Shown here: piece by piece, positions 16,541-26,641 of the stretch
How positions within the stretch are numbered: position 1 is the stretch's first letter
Layout: each line of letters opens with the position of its first letter
NCBI GenBank assembly: GCA_016867695.1
Contig: VGIY01000001.1
Location: forward strand, 1-29,485
DNA length: 29,485 nucleotides
Direction: 5' to 3'
Source of the DNA: Candidatus Eiseniibacteriota bacterium
Lineage (GTDB): Bacteria > Eisenbacteria > RBG-16-71-46 > CAIMUX01 > WJJG01
Position numbers and translations under genes: made by a program
Notes under the pieces: model-generated
Seen by the model: the letters and a program-made list of their open reading frames with translations, nothing else
The model's database searches: none
Told to the model about the DNA's origin: nothing

Positions 16541-17650
16541 CTAGGCGCGCCGCACCGAGCCCTGCTTGTAGAACGGCCGCTCCACCACCCGGGCGGCCAG
16601 CCGGGCGCCGCGGGCGTCGATCTCGATCGCCGTCCCGACCTCCTGCAGGTCGGGCGTGACGAAGCCCATGCCCATGCCCCGGTCGAGCGAGGGGCAGTAA
16701 CCGCCGCTGGTGACGACGCCCGCCTCGCGCCCCCCGGCCAGGATCGGGTGGCCGTGGCGGGGAAGCCTCTTGCCCTCGACCTCGAAGCCGACGAGCGCGC
16801 GCGTCAGGCCCGCCTCCTGCCGGCGCTGCAGCGCCTCGCGGCCGATGAAGTCGTGGTCCTTCATCTTGACCACCCAGCGCAGGCCCGCCTCGAGCGGCGT
16901 GATGTCGGGCCCGAGCTCGTTGCCGTAGAGGGCGTAGTTGACCTCCATGCGCAGGCTGTCGCGCGCCCCCAGCCCGATCGGCTCGACGCCCTCCGCGGCG
17001 CCCCACTCCAGCAGGCGCTCCCAGAGCCCGGGGGCCGCCGCCGCCGGGACGTAGATCTCGAATCCGTCCTCGCCGGTGTAGCCGTTGCGGCTGATCAGGA
17101 GCTCTTCGCCCTCCCAGCGCAGGCGCGTGTAGCGGTAGTAGCCGACCTCGCGCACCGCGTCGGCGAGGGGGGAGCGCAACACCGCCTCGGCGCGCGGCCC
17201 CTGCAGCGCGATCTGCGCCAAGCGCTCGGTGGCGTCCTCGAACTCGACGCCCGCCGGTTTGTGGGCGGCGATCCAGTCGCTCACCTTGGCGGCGTTGGCG
17301 GCGTTGGCGACGATCAGCGCCCCCTCGTCGAGCCGGTAGACGGTCAGGTCGTCGATCATGCCCCCCTGCTCGTGGCAGAGGGCGCTGTAGAGCAGCTGGC
17401 CGGGGGCGAGCTTCTCCAGGTTGTTGGTGATCAACCGGTTGGCGTAGGCGAGCGCGCCGGGGCCGCGCAGGAAGAAGCGGCCCATGTGGGCGACGTCGAA
17501 CATCCCGGCCGCGCGGCGGACCAGCAGGTGCTCGTGGATCACCCCGCCCGGGAACTGGACCGGCATTTCCCAGCCGGCGAAGGGCACGAGGCGCCCCCCC
17601 CGGTCGCGGTGGAATGCGTGAAACGGCGTGCGGCGCAACTCCGCGGCCAT
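16541..17650 (-). CDS. gcvT: Glycine cleavage system aminomethyltransferase T
   Basis: Start ATG 17650 with a purine-rich RBS; 369 aa. RTPF, FAGWEMPVQF, FDVAHMG, GYTGEDGFEI, GLGARDSLRME, YGNEL. Confidence 0.96.
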   Translation of the reverse strand: MAAELRRTPFHAFHRDRGGRLVPFAGWEMPVQFPGGVIHEHLLVRRAAGMFDVAHMGRFFLRGPGALAYANRLITNNLEKLAPGQLLYSALCHEQGGMIDDLTVYRLDEGALIVANAANAAKVSDWIAAHKPAGVEFEDATERLAQIALQGPRAEAVLRSPLADAVREVGYYRYTRLRWEGEELLISRNGYTGEDGFEIYVPAAAAPGLWERLLEWGAAEGVEPIGLGARDSLRMEVNYALYGNELGPDITPLEAGLRWVVKMKDHDFIGREALQRRQEAGLTRALVGFEVEGKRLPRHGHPILAGGREAGVVTSGGYCPSLDRGMGMGFVTPDLQEVGTAIEIDARGARLAARVVERPFYKQGSVRRA

Positions 17651-17690
17651 CGCTCCCCCTCTCCCTCGCCTCTCGAGCGTCAAGCGGGCA

Positions 17691-17719
17691 AGGCTAGCAC
17701 GCGGCCCGGGGAGCGTCAA
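17691..17719 (-). promoter_or_regulatory. Putative sigma70 promoter for the gcv operon
   Basis: Minus strand TTGACG (17719-17714), 17-nt spacer, TG-extended TAGCCT (17696-17691). Confidence 0.65.
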
Positions 17720-17722
17720 CGC

Positions 17723-20581
<2,859 letters not shown>

Positions 20582-20589
20582 GGCGCGGG

Positions 20590-20598
20590 AGGATAGCA
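20590..20598 (-). promoter_or_regulatory. Extended -10 element upstream of uvrA (possible leaderless transcript)
   Basis: Minus strand TGCTATCCT ends 8 nt before ATG 20581. No SD and no -35 match. Confidence 0.4.
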
Positions 20599-20708
20599 CG
20601 GGGGGCGGCCCAGCGCCGCCCCGTCAGTCGCTCTCGTGGCCCTGTCCGGCGCGCCGGGCCGGCCCTCCGCCCCGCCGACGGACTGGCGATAGCGGGCCCG
20701 GGCCGGCC

Positions 20709-22094
20709 CTACGCCTCGCCGACGGCCTGGCGGAAGCGCGCCTGGGCCAGCAGCAGGCTGATCTCCGCCTGGATCAGCGTCAGCCTCGCGCGGCGCAGGC
20801 CGAGCCGCGCGTTGTCCCACTCGAGCAGCGTGCCCGCCCCGCTCTCGTAGAGCGCCTGCTGCAGGCGCAGGTTCTCCTCGGCCAGGCTGACGGTCACCCG
20901 CGCCGCCCGCAGGCTCTCCCGTTCCTCGTGGATGGCGTTGAAGGCGTTGCGCACCTCGAGGGCGGCCTCCTTCTCCATCCGTTCCAGGTTGGCCCGCTGC
21001 TGCCGGCGCCCCGCCGCGGCGCTCTGGATGTCCCCCTCGATCCGCAGCCCGCTGAAGAGCTCGACGCTCAGGCCGACGGAGACCGACCAGCTGCTGTAAT
21101 CGCTATCCTCGTCGCGCGGCTGATCGTAGCCGGGCAGGTTCTCGCGCAGCCGGCGGGTCTCGACGCGCCCCCAGTTGCCGTTGGCGCCGATCGAGGGCAG
21201 CCGCTGCCAGCGCGCCGCCCTCTCGCTCCACTCGGCGGCGGCCAGCTGCGCCCTCCCCGCCCGCAGGTCGGGCCGCCGCTGCAGCGCCTGGGCCACCCAG
21301 GCGTCGAGATCGCCCTGCGGCACCTCCGCCGGCAGGACCAGCGTGGAGTCGATGGTCAGCGGCGTGCGCGGATCGAGGCCGAGGACGAGCGCCAGGCGGG
21401 CGTGCTCGATGCCGACCGCGTTGCGCCGCTGCATGGCCTGCTGCTCGGCGTCGGCCAGGTTGACGCGCGCCTGGAGGACGTCGCTGCGAGCCACCGAGCC
21501 GAGGCGGAAGAGGGTCTCCGAGCGGCGCAGCTGCTCCCCGGCGACGGCGACCGCCTGCTCCTCGATGTCGGCCAGCTTCAGCCCGGCGACGCAGACGTAG
21601 AACTGCTGCCGGGCGGCGAGCTCGACGTCGGCCAGCGTCGTCCGCAGCCCCGCCTCCGCCCCGGTCACGCCTGCGCCCAGCGCCTTGCGCTGGAGCAGCA
21701 AGGGCAGGTCGAAGAGGGTCTGGCGCACGCTGATCCCGCGCGAGATCGAGTACTGCTCGCCCGCCAGGCCGAAGTAGTCGACATACTCGCTGCGCCAGCC
21801 CGCCGTGGCCGAGACGCTCGGCAGCAGCGACTGGTAGCTGCGCAGCCTGGCCCCCCGCGCGCTCTCGATGCGCGCCTCGGCCTGCTCGATGAGATCGCTG
21901 CGGTCGCGGGCGATGCGCACGCAGTCCTCGACCGTGAGCGGTCCGGCGGGCAGCAGCTCCGCGGCGGCCGCCGGGAAGGCCGCGCCGAGCAGCGCCGCCA
22001 GGGCGAGGAGGGCGGGCGCGGGGCGGAACGGAGGGGACCAGGGGCGGGCCGGCAGGCGCCGTCCCGATCGGAATCCGCGCGGCATGGCGAGCAT
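20709..22094 (-). CDS. TolC-family outer membrane efflux protein
   Basis: 461 aa. Signal peptide, LTVEDCVRIA, LLPSVS, QTLFD, RRPDL, LPSIG, ENLRL...YESGAGT, two-fold internal repeat. AAGGAG RBS. Confidence 0.9.
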   Translation of the reverse strand: MLAMPRGFRSGRRLPARPWSPPFRPAPALLALAALLGAAFPAAAAELLPAGPLTVEDCVRIARDRSDLIEQAEARIESARGARLRSYQSLLPSVSATAGWRSEYVDYFGLAGEQYSISRGISVRQTLFDLPLLLQRKALGAGVTGAEAGLRTTLADVELAARQQFYVCVAGLKLADIEEQAVAVAGEQLRRSETLFRLGSVARSDVLQARVNLADAEQQAMQRRNAVGIEHARLALVLGLDPRTPLTIDSTLVLPAEVPQGDLDAWVAQALQRRPDLRAGRAQLAAAEWSERAARWQRLPSIGANGNWGRVETRRLRENLPGYDQPRDEDSDYSSWSVSVGLSVELFSGLRIEGDIQSAAAGRRQQRANLERMEKEAALEVRNAFNAIHEERESLRAARVTVSLAEENLRLQQALYESGAGTLLEWDNARLGLRRARLTLIQAEISLLLAQARFRQAVGEA

Positions 22095-22293
22095 CCTGCT
22101 TGTCTCCTTCTCTGGCCCGGGGAGGGATCGCGCCGGGATGCCGATCGCGGCTCGTTGCGTCGACCCGCCTCCTCCACCGCGGCGCCGGCCGTCTCGCGCT
22201 CGTACGGCCGGGACGGCGCCGGAGTTGCCGGGGCGCGACGAAGGGGGCGGGGCAATACCCGGGGCGCGGGAGCCGCGGGCCGCGCCGCCCGCG

Positions 22294-22929
22294 CTAGCCG
22301 CGCAACCCGAAGTTGAACGGGACCTCGATCCGGCACTTGACCGGCACGTCGCGCTGCATCGCGGGCTTGAAGAGGAACTTGCGCGCCGCCTCGATCGCCG
22401 CCTGCTGCAGGATCTCGTTGGCCGTGCTGCGCGACACGTAGGCCTGGATCACCCGCCCGCTCTCGTCGATGACGACGACCACGTGGACCGTGCCCTCCGA
22501 CTCGGCCGCCATGGCCATGGCGGGATACTCCGGCGCCTCGCTATGGATGAGCACCGGGGGCGAGTCGTAGGCGACGAAGTCCTCGGGGGCCGGGGGCGCG
22601 CTGGGGATCTCGGGCGGCTCGAAGGGATTGAAGTCGGTGGGCGCGATCGTCTCGACGGCGTCGACGTCGTCGGAGGCCTCGAAATCCTGGGCGAAGAGGT
22701 CGGGCCGCTCGACATCGGCCGGCGGCGGGGGGATGACGATCTCGGTGGGCACCTCGACGCTCAGCACGGCGCGCTCGCGCAGCTGGTACGGCGTGGGCAC
22801 GTAGGGCGGGGCGAAGACGAAGCCGACGCCGGTGACGGCGAGCGCGGCCACCGCGGCGAAGAACATCGTCCGCGAGTAGTTCGCCTTCAGCTTGGCGTGA
22901 GCCGATTCGTACCAGTTCGGGGCGAACAT
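22294..22929 (-). CDS. tonB: Energy transducer TonB
   Basis: 211 aa. N-terminal TM anchor, Pro/acidic linker, C-terminal domain PEYPAMA...EGTV.V.VVIDESGRV...AAIEAARKFLFKPA. Directly follows exbD. Confidence 0.9.
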   Translation of the reverse strand: MFAPNWYESAHAKLKANYSRTMFFAAVAALAVTGVGFVFAPPYVPTPYQLRERAVLSVEVPTEIVIPPPPADVERPDLFAQDFEASDDVDAVETIAPTDFNPFEPPEIPSAPPAPEDFVAYDSPPVLIHSEAPEYPAMAMAAESEGTVHVVVVIDESGRVIQAYVSRSTANEILQQAAIEAARKFLFKPAMQRDVPVKCRIEVPFNFGLRG

Positions 22930-22939
22930 GCCTCACCCC

Positions 22940-23347
22940 CTAGTCGGTCGAGAACTCGTTGGTGAACGAGACGTTGATCGCGTTGACCTCGCGCAGCCGC
23001 AGCAGCAGGTCGTCCACGCGCTCGTAGGCCAGACCGGCGTCCAGGTTCACGCCGACGAGCAGCTGCGGATTCTCGCGCACCTTCTGCGCCAGGACCGCGC
23101 CGACCGCAGAGACCGTCAGGTAGCGGTCGTCGATCGTGATGTCGCCGAGCTTGTTCATCCAGACGTGGGTGACGCGCTCGCGCGGCACCTGCACCCCGCT
23201 CTCGGCGCGGGGGAGCTGGACCTCCAGGCCCTGCTCCATCTTGAAGATCGTCGTCGCCATGAAGAAGATCAGCAGGAGAAAGACGATGTCGCCCATCGAT
23301 CCCGTGGGGATCCCGCCCTCGACCGCGACCGAACGCCGAAACCGCAC
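22940..23347 (-). CDS. exbD: ExbD/TolR-family biopolymer transport protein (second copy)
   Basis: 135 aa, GTG start. IPTGSMGDIVFLLLIFFMATT with the conserved TM Asp. Confidence 0.9.
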   Translation of the reverse strand: MRFRRSVAVEGGIPTGSMGDIVFLLLIFFMATTIFKMEQGLEVQLPRAESGVQVPRERVTHVWMNKLGDITIDDRYLTVSAVGAVLAQKVRENPQLLVGVNLDAGLAYERVDDLLLRLREVNAINVSFTNEFSTD

Positions 23348-23392
23348 GGCTCGTCCCTTTGCCTGTTGCCCCCCGCCGCGGGGGGCGGTTCG

Positions 23393-23800
23393 TCAACCGA
23401 TCCGCTTGCGGATCGAGAAGCGCGGCGCGCCCGCCGCCTTGACCTCGTCCAGTACGTCCACCATCTGCTGATAGGCCGCATCCCCGTCGGTCTCGATCGT
23501 GACGATCAGCTGATCGTTCAGGTCGAGTTCGGTGCGCACGCGCGTGCGCACGTCGCGCAGCGACACGGGGACGCTCTCGATGTAGACCATGCCGTCGGCG
23601 GCGGCGCGGACGGTGATCACATTCTCCCGCTTGACCTTGACCGCCTTGCCCTCCATCCCTGGCAGGAGGACGGGGATGCCGTACTCGGTCTCGAAGGTCG
23701 TCGTGGCGATGAAGAAGACGAGCAGCAGGAAGGCCACGTCGGCCACCGAGGCCTGGCTGATCTCCGGCACCGGAGGCCGCGGGCGCTTGATCTTGGCCAT
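23393..23800 (-). CDS. exbD: ExbD/TolR-family biopolymer transport protein (first copy)
   Basis: 135 aa. SVADVAFLLLVFFIATT with the conserved Asp; IETDGDAAYQQMVDVLDEVK. Confidence 0.9.
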   Translation of the reverse strand: MAKIKRPRPPVPEISQASVADVAFLLLVFFIATTTFETEYGIPVLLPGMEGKAVKVKRENVITVRAAADGMVYIESVPVSLRDVRTRVRTELDLNDQLIVTIETDGDAAYQQMVDVLDEVKAAGAPRFSIRKRIG

Positions 23801-23824
23801 GGCCCTCTCCCTCGCGCGACGGGA

Positions 23825-24715
23825 CTAGGAACGCTGTCCGACTTCGAGATCGGTCAGCGTGTCGAGCAACTCGACGGCCGACTCCTCCATCTCGGTGACG
23901 AAGCGGTCGATGCGGGTGATGAAGAAGTTGAACATCGCCTGCGCCGGAATGGCGATGACCAGCCCGGTCATCGTCGTGATCAGCGCCTCGGAGATGCCGC
24001 TGGCGACGACCTTGGCGCTGACCTGCTCGGCGGCGGCGATGGCCTCGAAGGCGTTGATCATGCCGGACACGGTGCCGAGGAATCCGACCAGCGGGGAGAT
24101 GTTGGCCACCGAGGAGAGGATCACCAGCCCGCGCTGGAGGAAGGACATCTCGATCGCCCCGGAGGTCTCGATGGCCTTCTCGACCGCCGCGGGGCCCCGC
24201 TCCACCTTGGTCAGGCCGGCGTGGAGGATCGCGGCGATCGGGCCGCGGGTGTTCATGCAGATCTCCTTGGCCTCCCCGACGCCGCGGCCGTTGCGCAGGC
24301 TAGCCACGACCGCCGTCATCAGCTTGCGCGTGTCCGTGTGCGCGCGCTGCATGGTGAAGAGGCGCTCGAGGGTGACCGCCAGGCCGAGCAGGGCGCAGAG
24401 CAGGAGGGGCCACATGAAGTTGCCCCCCTTCTGGAAGAACTCCACGAAGGCGCTCTGGCGCTCGCGGGCGGGCAGCTCGGGGTCCGGCAGCGCGGGCGCC
24501 GCCGCCTCCGCGCCGGCGCCCATGGCCGGCTGACCGCCCGGGGAGGCGACCTCCGACGTCGGCGCCTCGACGGCGGCTTCGGATCCGGCCGCCTCGACCA
24601 TGGCCTCGCCTCCGGCCGTCTCCTGCGCCGCCGCGGGCGGCGCGATCGCCGTCGCGCCGCCCCACAGCAGAGCCAGCGCAACCAGACATCCCATGACCCA
24701 ACCGCAGTCTCTCAT
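23825..24715 (-). CDS. exbB: ExbB/MotA/TolQ-family proton channel with an N-terminal signal peptide and linker
   Basis: 296 aa. GG.FMWPL, PLVGFLGTVSGMINAF, GISEALITTMTGLVIAIPA. GAGAGGT RBS. Confidence 0.9.
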   Translation of the reverse strand: MRDCGWVMGCLVALALLWGGATAIAPPAAAQETAGGEAMVEAAGSEAAVEAPTSEVASPGGQPAMGAGAEAAAPALPDPELPARERQSAFVEFFQKGGNFMWPLLLCALLGLAVTLERLFTMQRAHTDTRKLMTAVVASLRNGRGVGEAKEICMNTRGPIAAILHAGLTKVERGPAAVEKAIETSGAIEMSFLQRGLVILSSVANISPLVGFLGTVSGMINAFEAIAAAEQVSAKVVASGISEALITTMTGLVIAIPAQAMFNFFITRIDRFVTEMEESAVELLDTLTDLEVGQRS

Positions 24716-24851
24716 GCCCTACCTCTCCCCTGGAGATCCGGCAACACCCCCCGGCCGATCCTCGCCGCAAGCTCCCACGACGCGGAACCCGTTGCCCTCA
24801 CGAGCCGGCCATCCCTCACTCCCGCCAGCCAGTATAGAGATAAACGACAGC

Positions 24852-24880
24852 ATGGTAGGATCATGCTCCGGGGGTGTCAA
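24852..24880 (-). promoter_or_regulatory. Putative sigma70 promoter for the exbB-exbD-exbD-tonB operon
   Basis: Minus strand perfect TTGACA (24880-24875), 17-nt spacer, TACCAT (24857-24852), in a locally AT-richer patch. Confidence 0.7.
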
Positions 24881-26556
24881 TCCGCAATTTGGCCCTGGCG
24901 AGGATCTAACGTTCGGCCGGCCAGGATGGCCTCGACGGCCTGCTCCAGGCTCTCCACCGAGGCTGCCGGACGCGCGGCCCCGCCGTCGCCGAGCGCCTCC
25001 CGATGCTCGCCGCGCTCCCGTTCCCGCCCCCCGTATCCGGTGCGCACGAGCAGGCTCCGGCAACCGGCCGCCGCGCCCGCCTGCAGATCGGCCGGCGTGT
25101 CTCCCACCATGAACGAGCGGTCGAGATCGAGCCCCAGCTCGCGCGCCGCCAGGAGCAGCATGCCCGGCGCCGGCTTGCGGCACTGGCAGCGGCCGGTGTG
25201 TTCCGGGTGGTGCGGGCAGTGGTAGAAGCCGTCGACGGTCACGCCTTCCGTCTCCAGCAGCTCGCGCACCCTCGCCTCCACGGCGCGCACCGCCTCATCG
25301 CCGTAGAGCCCGCGCGCGACGCCCGACTGGTTGCTGGCGACGACGAGCCGGTAGCCCGCCTCCCGCGCCCGCCGCAGCGCTCCGGCGGCTCCCGGGATCA
25401 GGCGCACGCGCTGCGGGTCGCACAGGTAGGGCTCGAGCTCGATCAGCGTCCCGTCCCGATCGAGGAAGAGCCCCGCAGCCGCCGGGTGCGCCCGCGGATC
25501 GAGCAGGCTCCGGATGCGAGCCAGGACCTCCGTCGCCCGGATCGCCGCCATGCAGGGGGGCGGGGTGACGCCCAGAGGGCACCTTCGCCGGAAGCAGGGA
25601 GCCAGGGGGCAGGGCCCGCGCACGATCTGGTGGCGCGGCCCCTGCGGCCCGGTCCAGCGCGGGTCGGTCGGCCCGAAGAGGGCGACGACCGGGGTCCCCA
25701 CCGCCGCCGCCAGGTGCATCGCCCCGCTATCGTTGCACACTACCGCCTGCGCGCGGCGCAGCAGCTCCGCCGAGAAGAGGATCGGGCCTGCGCCGCAGGC
25801 GTTGAGCCCCCCTCCTCCCGCGCCGGCGAGGAGCGCGGCGCCCGCCTCGCGCTCCGGCTCAGCGCCGACGACGAGCAGATCGGCGACCCCCCCGCCGCGC
25901 AGCTCCCGGGCCAGCTCGACGAAGCGCTCGAGCGGCCATTGCTTCGCCGGCCCGTAGCGCGCGCCGGGGCAGAGGGCGACGAGCGGGCGCGACCTCGCCT
26001 CTCCGAAGACATCGGCGAGGAGCCTCCCGGCTTCCGCTGCGGCCGCGCCGTCGGGCGGCAGCTCGGGAACCCCGGCGAAGCCCTCCGCCCCCGCCAGCCG
26101 CGCCAGATCCTTGAACTCCTCCGCCAGGTGGAGGCTCCCGCGAGGCAGTCGCGGCGCCCGGCAGGTCAGCCAGGGGCCGCGCCCCTGCTCGGCCCAGCCG
26201 ATCCTCTCGGGCAGCCCCGCGGCCCAGAGCTGCAGCGCCGAGGAGAGCGAAGGCGTGAGGAGCAGCCCGCGCGAGCAGCCGGATGCCCGCAGCAGGCGGG
26301 CTTGCGCCAGCCACCGCCGCGGGGCGTGGCCGCCGGCCAGCTCGACCCGCGGGCTCTCCGGTGCCAGATGCCGGGCGAGGTCGAGCGCCGCCGGCCGGCC
26401 CGAGAAGACGGCGCCGGCCGGATCGAGCGCGGCCAGCGCCTCGAGGGCGGGGAGCGCGAGGAGCGTGTCGCCGACCCAGTTGGGCAGCCTGAGCAGCGTC
26501 CGCCGGGGCGCGCGCGCGGCCCCGGCGCCCGCCGCGCCCGTACCCGAGGCGATCAC
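24877..26556 (-). CDS. Fusion of a GT9 LPS heptosyltransferase II (WaaF-like) and D,D-heptose 1,7-bisphosphate phosphatase (GmhB-like, HAD IIIA)
   Basis: 559 aa; GTG start with GGGAGG RBS. N-terminal half: LPNWVGD, CPGARYGPAKQWP, NDSGAMHLAAA, ALFGPT. C-terminal half: FLDRDGT, SNQSGVARG, CPHHP...CQCRKP, MVGD. Confidence 0.9.
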   Translation of the reverse strand: MIASGTGAAGAGAARAPRRTLLRLPNWVGDTLLALPALEALAALDPAGAVFSGRPAALDLARHLAPESPRVELAGGHAPRRWLAQARLLRASGCSRGLLLTPSLSSALQLWAAGLPERIGWAEQGRGPWLTCRAPRLPRGSLHLAEEFKDLARLAGAEGFAGVPELPPDGAAAAEAGRLLADVFGEARSRPLVALCPGARYGPAKQWPLERFVELARELRGGGVADLLVVGAEPEREAGAALLAGAGGGGLNACGAGPILFSAELLRRAQAVVCNDSGAMHLAAAVGTPVVALFGPTDPRWTGPQGPRHQIVRGPCPLAPCFRRRCPLGVTPPPCMAAIRATEVLARIRSLLDPRAHPAAAGLFLDRDGTLIELEPYLCDPQRVRLIPGAAGALRRAREAGYRLVVASNQSGVARGLYGDEAVRAVEARVRELLETEGVTVDGFYHCPHHPEHTGRCQCRKPAPGMLLLAARELGLDLDRSFMVGDTPADLQAGAAAGCRSLLVRTGYGGRERERGEHREALGDGGAARPAASVESLEQAVEAILAGRTLDPRQGQIAD

Positions 26557-26641
26557 GAGCGCCTCCCCGCAGGCGCCGCCGTCCCCCCGGGCGGGGCCGG
26601 GCGGCGGCGTCGCGCGCCTTGCTCCGCGCGCGGCAGGCGCC

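Noticed and set aside
17651-17722. Glycine riboswitch upstream of gcvT
   Set aside because: The 72-nt gap includes the promoter, is too short, and lacks the GGAGA/GAAGG aptamer pattern.
20600-20708. LexA/SOS box upstream of uvrA
   Set aside because: Only a GC-only 8-bp inverted repeat (20602-20622), which matches no SOS box I know and is unremarkable at this GC content.
23368-23386. GCCCCCC-N5-GGGGGGC hairpin between the two exbD genes
   Set aside because: Short, homopolymeric, no U-tract, and inside an operon; too weak to call.
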